Positions 55,056 through 64,000 are shown, counted from the first letter of the stretch. The stretch: DNA of 64,000 nt from an uncultured Candidatus Saccharibacteria bacterium (GCA_964362305.1 CAYIDY010000001.1:1526-65525); one strand, 5' to 3'. Numbers and translations are program-made. Notes: generated from the letters alone by a model not told the origin.

Positions 55056-55886
55056 ATGGAATCGCTCGTCGCTCCGCTTGTTGCAGCACTTGCAATTATG
55101 CTTGTGTCACTCTCCGGCGTTATATTCGCCTCGAAAGCGTTGAGCCAGTGGATGCGCTCGAATCTGACGTACCTCGCTACTTTTTCTGCGGGCGTTTTTG
55201 TCATTGTTATCTATCATCTTCTTGAGGAAACTTTGCACGAAAGCGGCTCCTTTGCATTAGCTGCAGGTGCGGTTCTTTTTGGCGCAGCGCTGATGGAAGC
55301 ATTGCACCACCTCCTCCCCGCCGAACACCATCACCATAACGTAGAGCATACGCACGCGCATACCCCCGTAGACGGTCGCCGCGTTCTCTTGAGTGATGCG
55401 CTTCATAATGTGGGCGATGGTGTACTTCTTGTTGCTGCATTTGCAACAGGCTGGGCGATTGGTCTTACGGCGGCAGTCGGCATTCTCATACACGAACTCG
55501 TGCAGGAAATTTCTGAATTCTTCGTACTCAAAGAGGCGGGCTACTCGAACGGCGAAGCTCTTGGGAGAAACCTACTTTCTTCATCGACAATTCTTATAGG
55601 CGTCGGAATAGCTACATACCTCTCGTCCGCCAACGAAATCGCAGTCCTTTTTGGCGGCTTGGCTGCGGGTGGATTCATTGCGGTCTTACTTCGTGACCTT
55701 ATGCCTCACGCAATCGAATCCATTAAAACGCATGGCGGAGCAGCGAAACATGCGACAGCACTTGTACTTGGCGTGACGCTCATGCTTGGCGTGCAAACGT
55801 ACTTTGGACACGAGGAGGGTGCCGACGAAGCTCGAGGTGGAGAAATTACTTCTTTTCCTCTTCAAATCCCAAACATACGGAGTTAA
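55056..55886 (+). CDS. ZIP family metal transporter
   Basis: His-rich loop, DALHNVGDG, HELVQE. Confidence 0.9.
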   Translation: MESLVAPLVAALAIMLVSLSGVIFASKALSQWMRSNLTYLATFSAGVFVIVIYHLLEETLHESGSFALAAGAVLFGAALMEALHHLLPAEHHHHNVEHTHAHTPVDGRRVLLSDALHNVGDGVLLVAAFATGWAIGLTAAVGILIHELVQEISEFFVLKEAGYSNGEALGRNLLSSSTILIGVGIATYLSSANEIAVLFGGLAAGGFIAVLLRDLMPHAIESIKTHGGAAKHATALVLGVTLMLGVQTYFGHEEGADEARGGEITSFPLQIPNIRS

Positions 55887-56235
55887 TACAGTAGCGTTTA
55901 CCACTTTCGGTAGGTCCATCGTCAAACACGTGGCCGAGGTGAGATTTACAGTGCGAGCACACTGCCTCTGTACGCTCCATCCCATGACTTGCATCACGGA
56001 TGTAATCTATGGCGCCGGGTATAGCTTGGTCAAAGGAAGGCCAACCGGTGCCGGAATCAAATTTTGCACCGGAGCCGAAAAGTCGCTGTCCGCACGCTGC
56101 ACAGTTGAACATTCCGTCTCGTTTTTCATTCAGCAACTCCCCCGTAAATGGTGCCTCGGTTCCCTTCTCGCGTAACACATGAAATTGCTCGGGTGTGAGC
56201 TTTTTCTTCAGGTCGTCGTTGGTGATTGCATTCAT
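55846..56235 (-). CDS. msrB: Peptide-methionine (R)-S-oxide reductase
   Basis: GTEAPF, CAAC, GWPSF, CSHC, HLGHVF.DGP, RYCINS. Confidence 0.96.
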   Translation of the reverse strand: MNAITNDDLKKKLTPEQFHVLREKGTEAPFTGELLNEKRDGMFNCAACGQRLFGSGAKFDSGTGWPSFDQAIPGAIDYIRDASHGMERTEAVCSHCKSHLGHVFDDGPTESGKRYCINSVCLGFEEEKK

Positions 56236-56294
56236 GCCTCAAGTGTATCAAGAAATTTTGAGAGTGCGCTCCTTCATGCTTAAATGGAGCCATT

Positions 56295-57686
56295 ATGGTC
56301 TTGGTTGAAGGAGTTATTGCTTCCCATGACAAAAAGCCGTTTCGAGGGGTTATAGAAATTGATTCCTCCGGCCTCATCAAATCGCTTTCTAAGCCGAGTA
56401 AATCAAAAAAAGCCGACCACGTGTTTGGACCAGAGTGTCTAATATTTCCTGGCTTCGGTGACGTGCATATCCACGCGCGTGAAGATGAAACTGGTAAGCA
56501 GGTCTATAAAGAGGAATACAAAACTGCAGCGGATGCAGCACTGCATGGCGGGGTTGTACACGTATGTGCGATGCCGAACACTCCGAATCCAGTTGTTAGC
56601 AAGGAGCGTTTCGACTGGCATCGAAAGCGCATCGCCGAGCTTGCTCACGACGTTTCAATACTCAATTATGTTGGCATTGATTCGAGCACGACACCTCTTG
56701 GAAAACCGGGCGAGCATTTTTACAAGCTCTACTTCGGAAAGTCAGTGGGCGACCTCACCGTGACCTACGGAAGCGAACTCGATGTGATTCTTTCACGCTA
56801 CAAAGGTCACAACATATCGTTCCACGTTGAATATGAACCAATTATCCTAGCGAGCGCAGGCGGAAAAACGCATAGCGATCGTAGACCGGTCGAGGCAGTG
56901 AATGAAGGGCTCCGCATTCTTCTTCCGCTGATCGAGAAGTACAAAATACGCGCTAAATTATGCCACTGGTCTACTGGCGGCGAGAGTTTTGAAATGATAC
57001 GTGAATACCGAAAGCGGGGGTGCGACATTGTTCTTGAAGTGTCTCCACTTCATCTTCTCTTCGATACAGCAATGACTGACATAAATCCCGAACTCTGGAC
57101 GAAAATTCAGATGAATCCAGCAATCCAAGCACCCGAACACCGCGCCGCTCTCATCAAAGGCTTAAGAGAAGGGTTCATACAGTTTCTTGCCACCGACCAT
57201 GCCCCTCACACGGAAGAAGAGAAGTTTTCCGCCTTTGCGAAGTTTAAGAGCGATTTTACGGGAAAGACTAACAAAGAGATTGCTCAGATTGTTCGAGAAA
57301 GCGACAAAGACACCTATTTAAATACATGCACAGAAAACAATCACAGCGGGGCGCCATGGCTCGACACCTATGCACTCGTTTGCACGTGGCTCATCAGCGA
57401 ATACGGATTTACTACACAAGACATTGCTCGTGTCGCAGCGTATTACCCAGGAACGTTTGTAAACACGCATCTCAAACGCCAGTTTCCGAGACAAAACTTC
57501 GGCAAAGGCTTTGGCGAAATCAAGAAAGGCTTTGTTGGTTCACTGACGGTCTTGAATCTAAAACAAAAAACAATTGTTATTCGTGAAGAACTGAAATCAA
57601 AATGCGGCTGGTCTGCGCTCGAAGAGCGCACTATGCCCGGCGCCGTGGAAGCCGTCTTTGTAAGAGGAAAACTACTCACCCACTAA
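56295..57686 (+). CDS. pyrC: Dihydroorotase / amidohydrolase family protein
   Basis: DVHIHARE, MPNTPNP, EVSPLHL, MNPAI, ATDHAPH; abuts pyrB. Confidence 0.8.
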   Translation: MVLVEGVIASHDKKPFRGVIEIDSSGLIKSLSKPSKSKKADHVFGPECLIFPGFGDVHIHAREDETGKQVYKEEYKTAADAALHGGVVHVCAMPNTPNPVVSKERFDWHRKRIAELAHDVSILNYVGIDSSTTPLGKPGEHFYKLYFGKSVGDLTVTYGSELDVILSRYKGHNISFHVEYEPIILASAGGKTHSDRRPVEAVNEGLRILLPLIEKYKIRAKLCHWSTGGESFEMIREYRKRGCDIVLEVSPLHLLFDTAMTDINPELWTKIQMNPAIQAPEHRAALIKGLREGFIQFLATDHAPHTEEEKFSAFAKFKSDFTGKTNKEIAQIVRESDKDTYLNTCTENNHSGAPWLDTYALVCTWLISEYGFTTQDIARVAAYYPGTFVNTHLKRQFPRQNFGKGFGEIKKGFVGSLTVLNLKQKTIVIREELKSKCGWSALEERTMPGAVEAVFVRGKLLTH

Positions 57687-58585
57687 TTCGCAAAGAGAGA
57701 CTTCAACAGTGCCATGCGGATGAGAACTCCGTAACCTGCTTGCTTGAAATACACGGCATGCGGTGAATCATCAACCTCAGGCTCAATTTCTCCTGCACGT
57801 GGAAGCGGGTGAATCAAAATTGAACCCTCTTTCATCGAATCGGTCATAGAGCGAGTGATTGTGTACTGTCCACTGAGTTGCTTAAACTCGTCTTCACTCA
57901 TCCATTCCTTTTGCATGCGCGTTTGATAGACCACATCCGCCTTCTTCATTGCGCCGACAAGGTCAGTAGTTTCTTCAAATCTTACGTTATTCTCGTTTAA
58001 GTGCGATTTAATATCGTCTTTTATAGCGAGCTCTGGCGCTGACACAAATGTCATGTGTATGTTGTTATACTTTGACAAGAGGTACGCGAGCGAGCGAGCC
58101 GAACGATAGTATTTGAGGTTCCCAACAAATGCTATCTCGAAATCATCGGTTCGACCTATCTCACGTTGAATCGTGTACAAGTCCAGAAACGCCTGCGTCG
58201 GGTGCTGTCCTGTCCCATCCCCTGCATTTATCACCGGCACATCAGATACTTTTGCTGCACGCACCGCCGCACCGGCCTCTGGGTGGCGCAGTACAATCAA
58301 ATCGGCATAGTTGTCGACTATCCTAATCGTGTCTTCAATCGTCTCACCTTTTGTTGCCGAAGATGACTCGCTGGCGTTTTCCATCGAGATTACATTTCCA
58401 CCGAGACGCATCATTGCTGACTCAAAAGAAAGGCGCGTGCGCGTAGATGGTTCAAAAAAAAGCGAGGCCAAAATCTTTCCTCGCAACGATTCATCGCGCT
58501 TCCCTTCAAGAGAAGTCGCTAATTCAAACAGCTTTTGGAGTCGCTCTCGGTCAAACTGCTGCGTTTCGTAAAGATGCTGGAGCAT
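57683..58585 (-). CDS. pyrB: Aspartate carbamoyltransferase catalytic subunit
   Basis: FFEPSTRTRLSF, NAGDG..QHPTQ, HPLPR. Confidence 0.96.
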   Translation of the reverse strand: MLQHLYETQQFDRERLQKLFELATSLEGKRDESLRGKILASLFFEPSTRTRLSFESAMMRLGGNVISMENASESSSATKGETIEDTIRIVDNYADLIVLRHPEAGAAVRAAKVSDVPVINAGDGTGQHPTQAFLDLYTIQREIGRTDDFEIAFVGNLKYYRSARSLAYLLSKYNNIHMTFVSAPELAIKDDIKSHLNENNVRFEETTDLVGAMKKADVVYQTRMQKEWMSEDEFKQLSGQYTITRSMTDSMKEGSILIHPLPRAGEIEPEVDDSPHAVYFKQAGYGVLIRMALLKSLFAN

Positions 58586-58664
58586 TAAAAGTATAGTGTA
58601 TATGAGACCATAATATACGCAATGGGCACTATTGACGTTATTCTGTAGTTCGATAAATTGCTTG

Positions 58665-58744
58665 CGGTCTAGGCTCTTCTTCCCACCGCAGCGCGTAATG
58701 CCGAGATGGTAGCGCAGGGGAGAAGAGTCTAGGCTTTTTCTTTT
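58665..58744 (+). ncRNA. Candidate orphan hairpin small RNA
   Basis: TTGACG-N16-TAAATT at 58632-59; 18-bp stem with G-U pairs on + strand; T-rich tract follows. Confidence 0.45.
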
Positions 58745-58756
58745 CTAGCTATCGTC

Positions 58757-59398
58757 TTAGCCCAAATGAGCGTGGTCGTTCCAGGTCTCAAGTCTCCATG
58801 GAGCATGAGTGTCCGATGGTACGTGAGTGACCATGGTCAATCCGGTGTTCATGGTTCTCATGCGACGATCGAGAGATTCAAGCAGTCGCGGACTAAAGTT
58901 ATCACCAAGAATCATGTCTGCAATGAATATTCTCAAAAAGAACCCGTGTGTTACTACGAGAATGTTCGATTCTGAGCGCGACTCTAAAAATTCCCTCGCG
59001 GCTCGCGAGCGTAATCGAATCTCAGAAAACGTCTCACCATCCTCGATACGAGTATCCGTATAAAAGGAACGCTCCCATGAACGTTGGATTTTCTGCACTT
59101 GGGGATCGTCCCACAATTGACCTACTAATCTTGTCGGCCCTTGTCGTTCTACAAAAAGGTCTGAGTACTCGACCGGCTCTTTAACACGCTTTCCGATAAT
59201 TTCCGTGGTTTGAACAGTCCGTTTAAATGGACTCGAAATAATGACCTGCGTTGGAACATGGGAGACTCGTTCTGCAATCATTTCTGCCTGTTTAATCCCG
59301 TGCTCGGTCAAGGGCGCCTCACTTCCGTAGCAAATCGAGCCTGGCGGAGGGGCGTTATTCACTGCTTGCCCGTGGCGCACGAAGTAGACAGTCTTCAT
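58757..59398 (-). CDS. Histidine phosphatase (phosphoglycerate mutase-like) family protein
   Basis: RHGQ, SSPFKRT, VVTHG, WNDHAHL. Confidence 0.9.
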   Translation of the reverse strand: MKTVYFVRHGQAVNNAPPPGSICYGSEAPLTEHGIKQAEMIAERVSHVPTQVIISSPFKRTVQTTEIIGKRVKEPVEYSDLFVERQGPTRLVGQLWDDPQVQKIQRSWERSFYTDTRIEDGETFSEIRLRSRAAREFLESRSESNILVVTHGFFLRIFIADMILGDNFSPRLLESLDRRMRTMNTGLTMVTHVPSDTHAPWRLETWNDHAHLG

Positions 59399-59407
59399 GC
59401 GACCAGT

Positions 59408-60646
59408 TTACAGTACAAACTGACCGTTGTCGTAAATGACTTTTTGAGTTCCGTTTTTGAGATGCGCGGTAACAGTGCGGCGAGTGGTCGAAATGATGTC
59501 GGTGTGAACTGATGAGTCATTAAACCCGAGTTTTTTCGCCTGTGAATCAGATAATTTCGATACATCGCCTGCGAATGTATCGCGGTATGACATGCCAACC
59601 GCGAGGTGTGTATTGCCTTGTGGGCCACCAACGTTTTCATCGTACAATGTTTCTGCCATGAATTTCGTGATGCGTGAGTGACGACTGTCAGTGAGTGAAT
59701 ATTCGCCTATCTTGTCTGCGCCTTCGGTGGCAATCATCTGTTTTAGGAATTTCTCGCCTGTCTTTGCCGTCGCTTTTACCACGCGGCCATTCTTGAACCA
59801 CAATTGAATGCCCGTCATCATAGTGCCGTAGCGATAGAGTGGCTGATTAAAGCGAATCCAACCGTTTGTTCCACGCCAGTCTGGTGAAGTAAAAATCTCG
59901 AAGGATGGCATGTTGTAGCCGCGTCCTGCGAGCCATTGGCGCTTTTCTCCAAGAGTAATCCAAAGGTCGGCATCAAGGCCTTTCACATGAAGCTTATCAA
60001 TCAGTGGCGAAAGCTTATTGAGAGCCTGCTTGTAGTATTCAATTTCTTTGTACACCTTTTTCCATGTCGCAATCGGGTCTTTCTTGTCGAGGAAGCACGC
60101 TTTGATTATCTGGTTCCAATATTCTTTCTCGCTCAAACCTGCCTCTTTCGCCATTCCCGGCGTGCCGTACATGCAAATAGACCATGTCAGCTTGTTCTTC
60201 CATTCTTTTTCATGGCGCCAGTCCATAAACGGCTTCATTACCTTGCCTCGCGACATGATTTTCTTCGCATCAACGCCATCCATCGCGTGCGGGTCTTTTT
60301 CCGCGAGAATAAAAAGCGAGTGGTCCATCTCGTCGACAACACCCTTCAGGTATTTGCCTGGAAAAAATTTGAGCTGCTCGTCAGATGCGTTTTCGTAGAA
60401 ATAACGCGTGTAGTTCATGTTGCGGCGTCGGTCGCCTTTCTCTTCATCCGGCCCGTAATGGGAAATCACATGCCCGCCGGCATCAATAATTGCGTTGTGT
60501 ATTGCTAAAAAGAGAGGCCGGCACGATTCGCTTCCTGAAAGACGTACCACGTCCCCCTTTTTAATCCCCTGCCCTTTTCCAAGCGCGAAGTTGACCATCA
60601 CGTCTGCATATTTTCTTAATATTTTTTCGTTTGGTGTGTATGCCAT
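59408..60646 (-). CDS. Aminopeptidase, M29 (PepS/AmpT) family
   Basis: NMPSFEIFTSP, IGEYSL, LYDEN, HLAVGMSY, SSVHTD. Confidence 0.92.
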   Translation of the reverse strand: MAYTPNEKILRKYADVMVNFALGKGQGIKKGDVVRLSGSESCRPLFLAIHNAIIDAGGHVISHYGPDEEKGDRRRNMNYTRYFYENASDEQLKFFPGKYLKGVVDEMDHSLFILAEKDPHAMDGVDAKKIMSRGKVMKPFMDWRHEKEWKNKLTWSICMYGTPGMAKEAGLSEKEYWNQIIKACFLDKKDPIATWKKVYKEIEYYKQALNKLSPLIDKLHVKGLDADLWITLGEKRQWLAGRGYNMPSFEIFTSPDWRGTNGWIRFNQPLYRYGTMMTGIQLWFKNGRVVKATAKTGEKFLKQMIATEGADKIGEYSLTDSRHSRITKFMAETLYDENVGGPQGNTHLAVGMSYRDTFAGDVSKLSDSQAKKLGFNDSSVHTDIISTTRRTVTAHLKNGTQKVIYDNGQFVL

Positions 60647-60705
60647 AGACGCTCAGAGTACTCGCTTCGCGCGTGATTGTCGAGATGTGTTAAACTATGC
60701 ATGAA

Positions 60706-61890
60706 ATGTCGAACGACCTCACGCACGTTGCCATAGTTCTCTTCGTTGCATTTGCGGGAGGGCTCCTCCTCCAGTATTTCCGCCAACCACGCCTCATCGG
60801 CTACATTCTTGCTGGGGCATTTCTTGGCCCCAGCGTACTTGGACTTCAGGCGAATGACCCGACCATTCATTGGCTTTCCGAGCTTGGCATTATCCTCCTG
60901 ATGTTCATGTTGGGGCTTGAGCTCGATATTAGCCGATTTAGAAAAGCTTTAAAACCGGCACTCTTGGTCGCCGGTTTGCAGATTATTGCTGCGCTCGGGA
61001 CCATGTTTGCACTTGGTTTTTGGCTTGAGTGGCCATGGGAGCGAGCGATTATCCTAGGATTCGCGGCAGCTCTCTCATCAACTGCCGTCGCAATGACGAC
61101 ACTTCGCGACCTCGGCGAGCTGAATTCTTCGGCAGGACGCCTTTCGACGGCCATTCTCATCGCGCAAGATTTAGCGGTCATTCCCATGCTTCTTAGCATC
61201 GGCGTTTTGCAGGACGGCGCACTTTCCGTAAACGACATCACGCAGACAGCGCTCGCGCTCACCGTTATTGCACTCAGTCTGTTTGGCATCTTTGAATTGC
61301 ACACGCATCCTCAGTGGCTCAGTCGCATTGAAGGTATTTTGACCGTAGGAAAACGGCAGCCAGTCATAGCAGGACTTGCCCTCTGCTTTGGTGCTGCAGC
61401 GCTTTCAGGGTCGTTAGGGCTTTCGACGGCGTATGGCGCCTTCGCCCTCGGCCTCTTAATCGGCAATATCGGCGAAATCGGTGCATCGTACCGCCACGCT
61501 ATTACCTCTTTGCACGACCTACTTCTAATGGTGTTCTTTCTTTCGGTCGGACTCCTTCTTGATTTAGCGTTTGTTTTGGAAAATGCACTCCTTATCGCAT
61601 TAATTCTGGTCGCCGTTGTTCTTCTCAAGACGGCGGGAAATTATTTTATTCTCAGACTCTTAGATATTCCACAGCGCTCGGCCATGATTATCGGAGCGAC
61701 ACTCGGGCAAATTGGTGAATTTTCATTTGTGATTATTGCTCTTGGCCTTTCAAGTGGATTCATATCAGGCGAGAGTTACCAAATCACACTGGCCGTCATC
61801 GCACTCTCCCTTGCGCTTTCTCCTGCATGGCTCTCCTTGGTGCGTGCTCGATTGCACATTCCCGAGCACTATCCGAAAGTAAATGTGTAG
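60706..61890 (+). CDS. Cation:proton antiporter (CPA2, no KTN domain); alternative start 60697
   Basis: GYILAGAFLGP, LMFMLGLE, LSSTAV, LIAQD, FFLSVG, GQIGEFSF. Confidence 0.9.
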   Translation: MSNDLTHVAIVLFVAFAGGLLLQYFRQPRLIGYILAGAFLGPSVLGLQANDPTIHWLSELGIILLMFMLGLELDISRFRKALKPALLVAGLQIIAALGTMFALGFWLEWPWERAIILGFAAALSSTAVAMTTLRDLGELNSSAGRLSTAILIAQDLAVIPMLLSIGVLQDGALSVNDITQTALALTVIALSLFGIFELHTHPQWLSRIEGILTVGKRQPVIAGLALCFGAAALSGSLGLSTAYGAFALGLLIGNIGEIGASYRHAITSLHDLLLMVFFLSVGLLLDLAFVLENALLIALILVAVVLLKTAGNYFILRLLDIPQRSAMIIGATLGQIGEFSFVIIALGLSSGFISGESYQITLAVIALSLALSPAWLSLVRARLHIPEHYPKVNV

Positions 61891-63644
61891 GCTTTAAGTC
61901 CGGGTCCTTCCACTTGGATTTCAAGTGTGTGCTCACCGGGAACATCGTCATGAATAAGTTTGTAGAGTCGATTTTCTTTCACGGTACCTGACGAGGAAAC
62001 TGCGTCGATATCTTCACCGGCGAATTGACCGACAGGCTTGCCGTCGCGAAGAATTCGGATTTTGACTCCCGCAAGCGAGCTCGCCACCATATACACATCT
62101 TTTGCGCTGTACCGAAATACGATTGAGGCGGCTTCCTTATTCTCGGAATACTCATCCGTGATGTTCCAGCGGCCCTCGAAATACAGTTTATTTTGCTGTG
62201 GGTTTTGTGGAGCAGAAAAATTTTGCTCGCCCTCCTGATACGGCGCCCCATTTGCCAAAAGCTCGTTTCGATGTGCGCCGAAATACACCTCGGGGCTTCG
62301 CACGCCAACTCTCTGGTACGCGGGAATATTTGACGCGACGATACTGGTGTCGACGGCCCCGTTCCCAACTATCATCGAGCGCTCCATTAGTGCACGCTGT
62401 ATCGCTGCTTCGGTTTCCTCGTAACTTGCCTCGCCAATGTGGTCATAGACGATGAAGCCATCGACGTCAACGAGATATTTGCGAGGCCAATAATTGTTGC
62501 CAAGCTCTTTCCAGGTTGCGTATTCATTGTCTAAGATGCTGGGATACTTAATCTTAAATTGCTGCACCGCCCATTCCACATTCTCGATATCTTTCTCGAA
62601 AGCAAACTCAGGTGTGTGAATGCCGATAATCTGCAGTCCGTCTTTCGCATACTTGTCATGCCACGCATTCAAATACGGAATCGTTCGCTGGCAGTTAATA
62701 CAGCTGTACGTCCATATGTCGAGAAGAACTACACTCTTACCCCGAAATTCTCCGACCGTGATAGGTTTCCCTTCGGTATTAACGTATCCTGCAGGCTTCA
62801 TAATTTCCGGTGCTCGCTTATAGAGCTGCTCCTTGCGTGCAATCCGCATATTCTCGTCAAGCGTTAGGAGATTCTCTGTAACTTGTGGCAGCGCTGATTC
62901 TGGCGAGTCTTCCGTCACCCGCAGCAGCCATTGCTCAATTTTGGTGACATCGAAAAATCCGGCATCGAGGATTTGTATCTGCAGTTGTTTATCTTGACCC
63001 GAAATAATAAAGAACGCGACAGCGATAAAGAGAAAGCCTAATGCGCGCTTGAAAAGCCCACGCGGGTCCGCTGCGAATCCAAGACCGTCAGCAAGACGTT
63101 GCCCAATGTAGCCCACGAGGAGAAGCATGAGGCATAGGCCGAGTGTGTAGGCAGACAAATAGACGAGTCCGAGTCCGAAATTCTCTGGAAGCACTGTGGC
63201 TAGAACGACAAAATATGTTGGACTGCATGTCGAGAATACTGGCCCGAGTGCTGCACCCATGAGCACATCTCCCGCAAAACTCTTCTTTTGATTTCCCTCG
63301 CCGAGGAGCTTGTTTGAGCTAATGCTGAGCTTTCCGACAAGCGGCAAATGTTCCCATAGTCCTGGAAATAGAAGTGTCAGCCCAAAAAATCCAACTATGC
63401 TTCCGGATAGCCACGTCCACACATACGGCGGAATACCGATGAGTGCAGTCGACGCTTTTAGGAGCAGTGTAAAGAGTACGACCGATGCACCAAGAGAGGC
63501 GACGATGGTGTACATCCGACGCCTGCTCCCAGAATCTCCTGCTGCTTCGAGCGATCCGCCTACAATGACCGGAAGCAGCGGCAAAATGCACGGCGCAAGC
63601 GCCGTTAACACTCCTGCTAAAAATGAAATAATGAGCAGAATCAT
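61869..63644 (-). CDS. DipZ-like fusion: CcdA/DsbD TM domain, thioredoxin (CINC) and C-terminal domain
   Basis: APCILPLLP, FSTCSP, WTYSCINC, GIHTPEFAFEK, AYTFTFG. Confidence 0.9.
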   Translation of the reverse strand: MILLIISFLAGVLTALAPCILPLLPVIVGGSLEAAGDSGSRRRMYTIVASLGASVVLFTLLLKASTALIGIPPYVWTWLSGSIVGFFGLTLLFPGLWEHLPLVGKLSISSNKLLGEGNQKKSFAGDVLMGAALGPVFSTCSPTYFVVLATVLPENFGLGLVYLSAYTLGLCLMLLLVGYIGQRLADGLGFAADPRGLFKRALGFLFIAVAFFIISGQDKQLQIQILDAGFFDVTKIEQWLLRVTEDSPESALPQVTENLLTLDENMRIARKEQLYKRAPEIMKPAGYVNTEGKPITVGEFRGKSVVLLDIWTYSCINCQRTIPYLNAWHDKYAKDGLQIIGIHTPEFAFEKDIENVEWAVQQFKIKYPSILDNEYATWKELGNNYWPRKYLVDVDGFIVYDHIGEASYEETEAAIQRALMERSMIVGNGAVDTSIVASNIPAYQRVGVRSPEVYFGAHRNELLANGAPYQEGEQNFSAPQNPQQNKLYFEGRWNITDEYSENKEAASIVFRYSAKDVYMVASSLAGVKIRILRDGKPVGQFAGEDIDAVSSSGTVKENRLYKLIHDDVPGEHTLEIQVEGPGLKAYTFTFG

Positions 63645-63650
63645 GCACCT

Positions 63651-64000
63651 TTATTGTACACGCGAAAATACGGTCGCGTATTTGGATGCATCACTGAATT
63701 TCTTGACGAGCGCTCCTGATGCATCGACTTGTACAAATGTGTGTTGAACCGTCACACCATATTTTTGTCGCAGTTCCGTGGCGTTGTCGAAGTCTACTTT
63801 CATGATCGTAATGCCGTCCGGAACGATGTTCGGATTTGCCGCTGCCTCGGCGTCGAGCTGACGACAAATAGGACACCACGCCGCGTGAAAGAACAACAAT
63901 ACCTTTCCGTGTTCTGCGAGTGTAAGCTTGTCCGGACTGTATGTCTGAATCGAGCCTTTCATCATCATTGAATCGTGGTCGGTCATCGCATCGTCTTTCA
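63651..64000 (-). CDS. Thioredoxin-family protein (5' end outside window)
   Basis: FHAAWCPIC, KYGVTVQHTFVQVD; frame open to window edge. Confidence 0.85.
   Translation of the reverse strand, partial: KDDAMTDHDSMMMKGSIQTYSPDKLTLAEHGKVLLFFHAAWCPICRQLDAEAAANPNIVPDGITIMKVDFDNATELRQKYGVTVQHTFVQVDASGALVKKFSDASKYATVFSRVQ

Noticed and set aside
55846-55886. Convergent overlaps (ZIP/msrB here; antiporter/DipZ at 61869-61890) as frameshifts
   Set aside because: Both partners are complete; short tail overlaps are common in compact genomes
58586-58756. PyrR-type attenuator for pyrB
   Set aside because: No PyrR-binding loop consensus; G-U pairs and the T-tract favour the opposite strand; pyrB has a -10-like hexamer next to its ATG
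313-63971. Numerous antisense and alternate-frame ORFs in the track (e.g. 16261-16941, 24951-25568, 32947-33570)
   Set aside because: They are shadows of well-supported genes and have no motifs of their own
1-64000. Alternative genetic code (TGA=Gly)
   Set aside because: Conserved genes are full length under code 11 and several end in TGA

Overview
Chromosomal segment of a small-genome bacterium using genetic code 11. The gene mix suggests Patescibacteria/CPR, probably Parcubacteria; this is inferred from the short UvrC, the many peptidoglycan-binding surface proteins and the scarcity of Shine-Dalgarno sites. Housekeeping genes: uvrA/B/C, tyrS, lysS, murB, a divergent ddl, typA, a DEAD-box helicase, msrA/B, tRNA-Ala(TGC), carAB, pyrB/pyrC, two MacAB-type ABC exporters, a Fur/Zur-ZIP-YibE/F metal module and DipZ/thioredoxin. 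Main candidate novel system (46.8-53.2 kb, minus strand): three adjacent secreted proteins share one Asn/Thr-Gly repeat (N-x-[AG]-x-[IV]-x-N...[TS]G-x-N...[IV]-x-TG-[ND]-A...N-x-x-N), which suggests a curli/Fap-like cross-beta surface fibre with a wall anchor. The putative major subunit has a ~510-nt structured leader with three copies of AGGGAAAYCAG, and a divergent candidate small RNA carries a fourth copy. Other signals: pervasive leaderless gene starts, a structured element behind tRNA-Ala, a dispersed TGCAAGGCT-AGCCTTGC palindrome, an OgdA/SSADH-like enzyme pair and an orphan hairpin RNA near pyrB. All calls come from reading the sequence by eye; no searches or folding programs were run.
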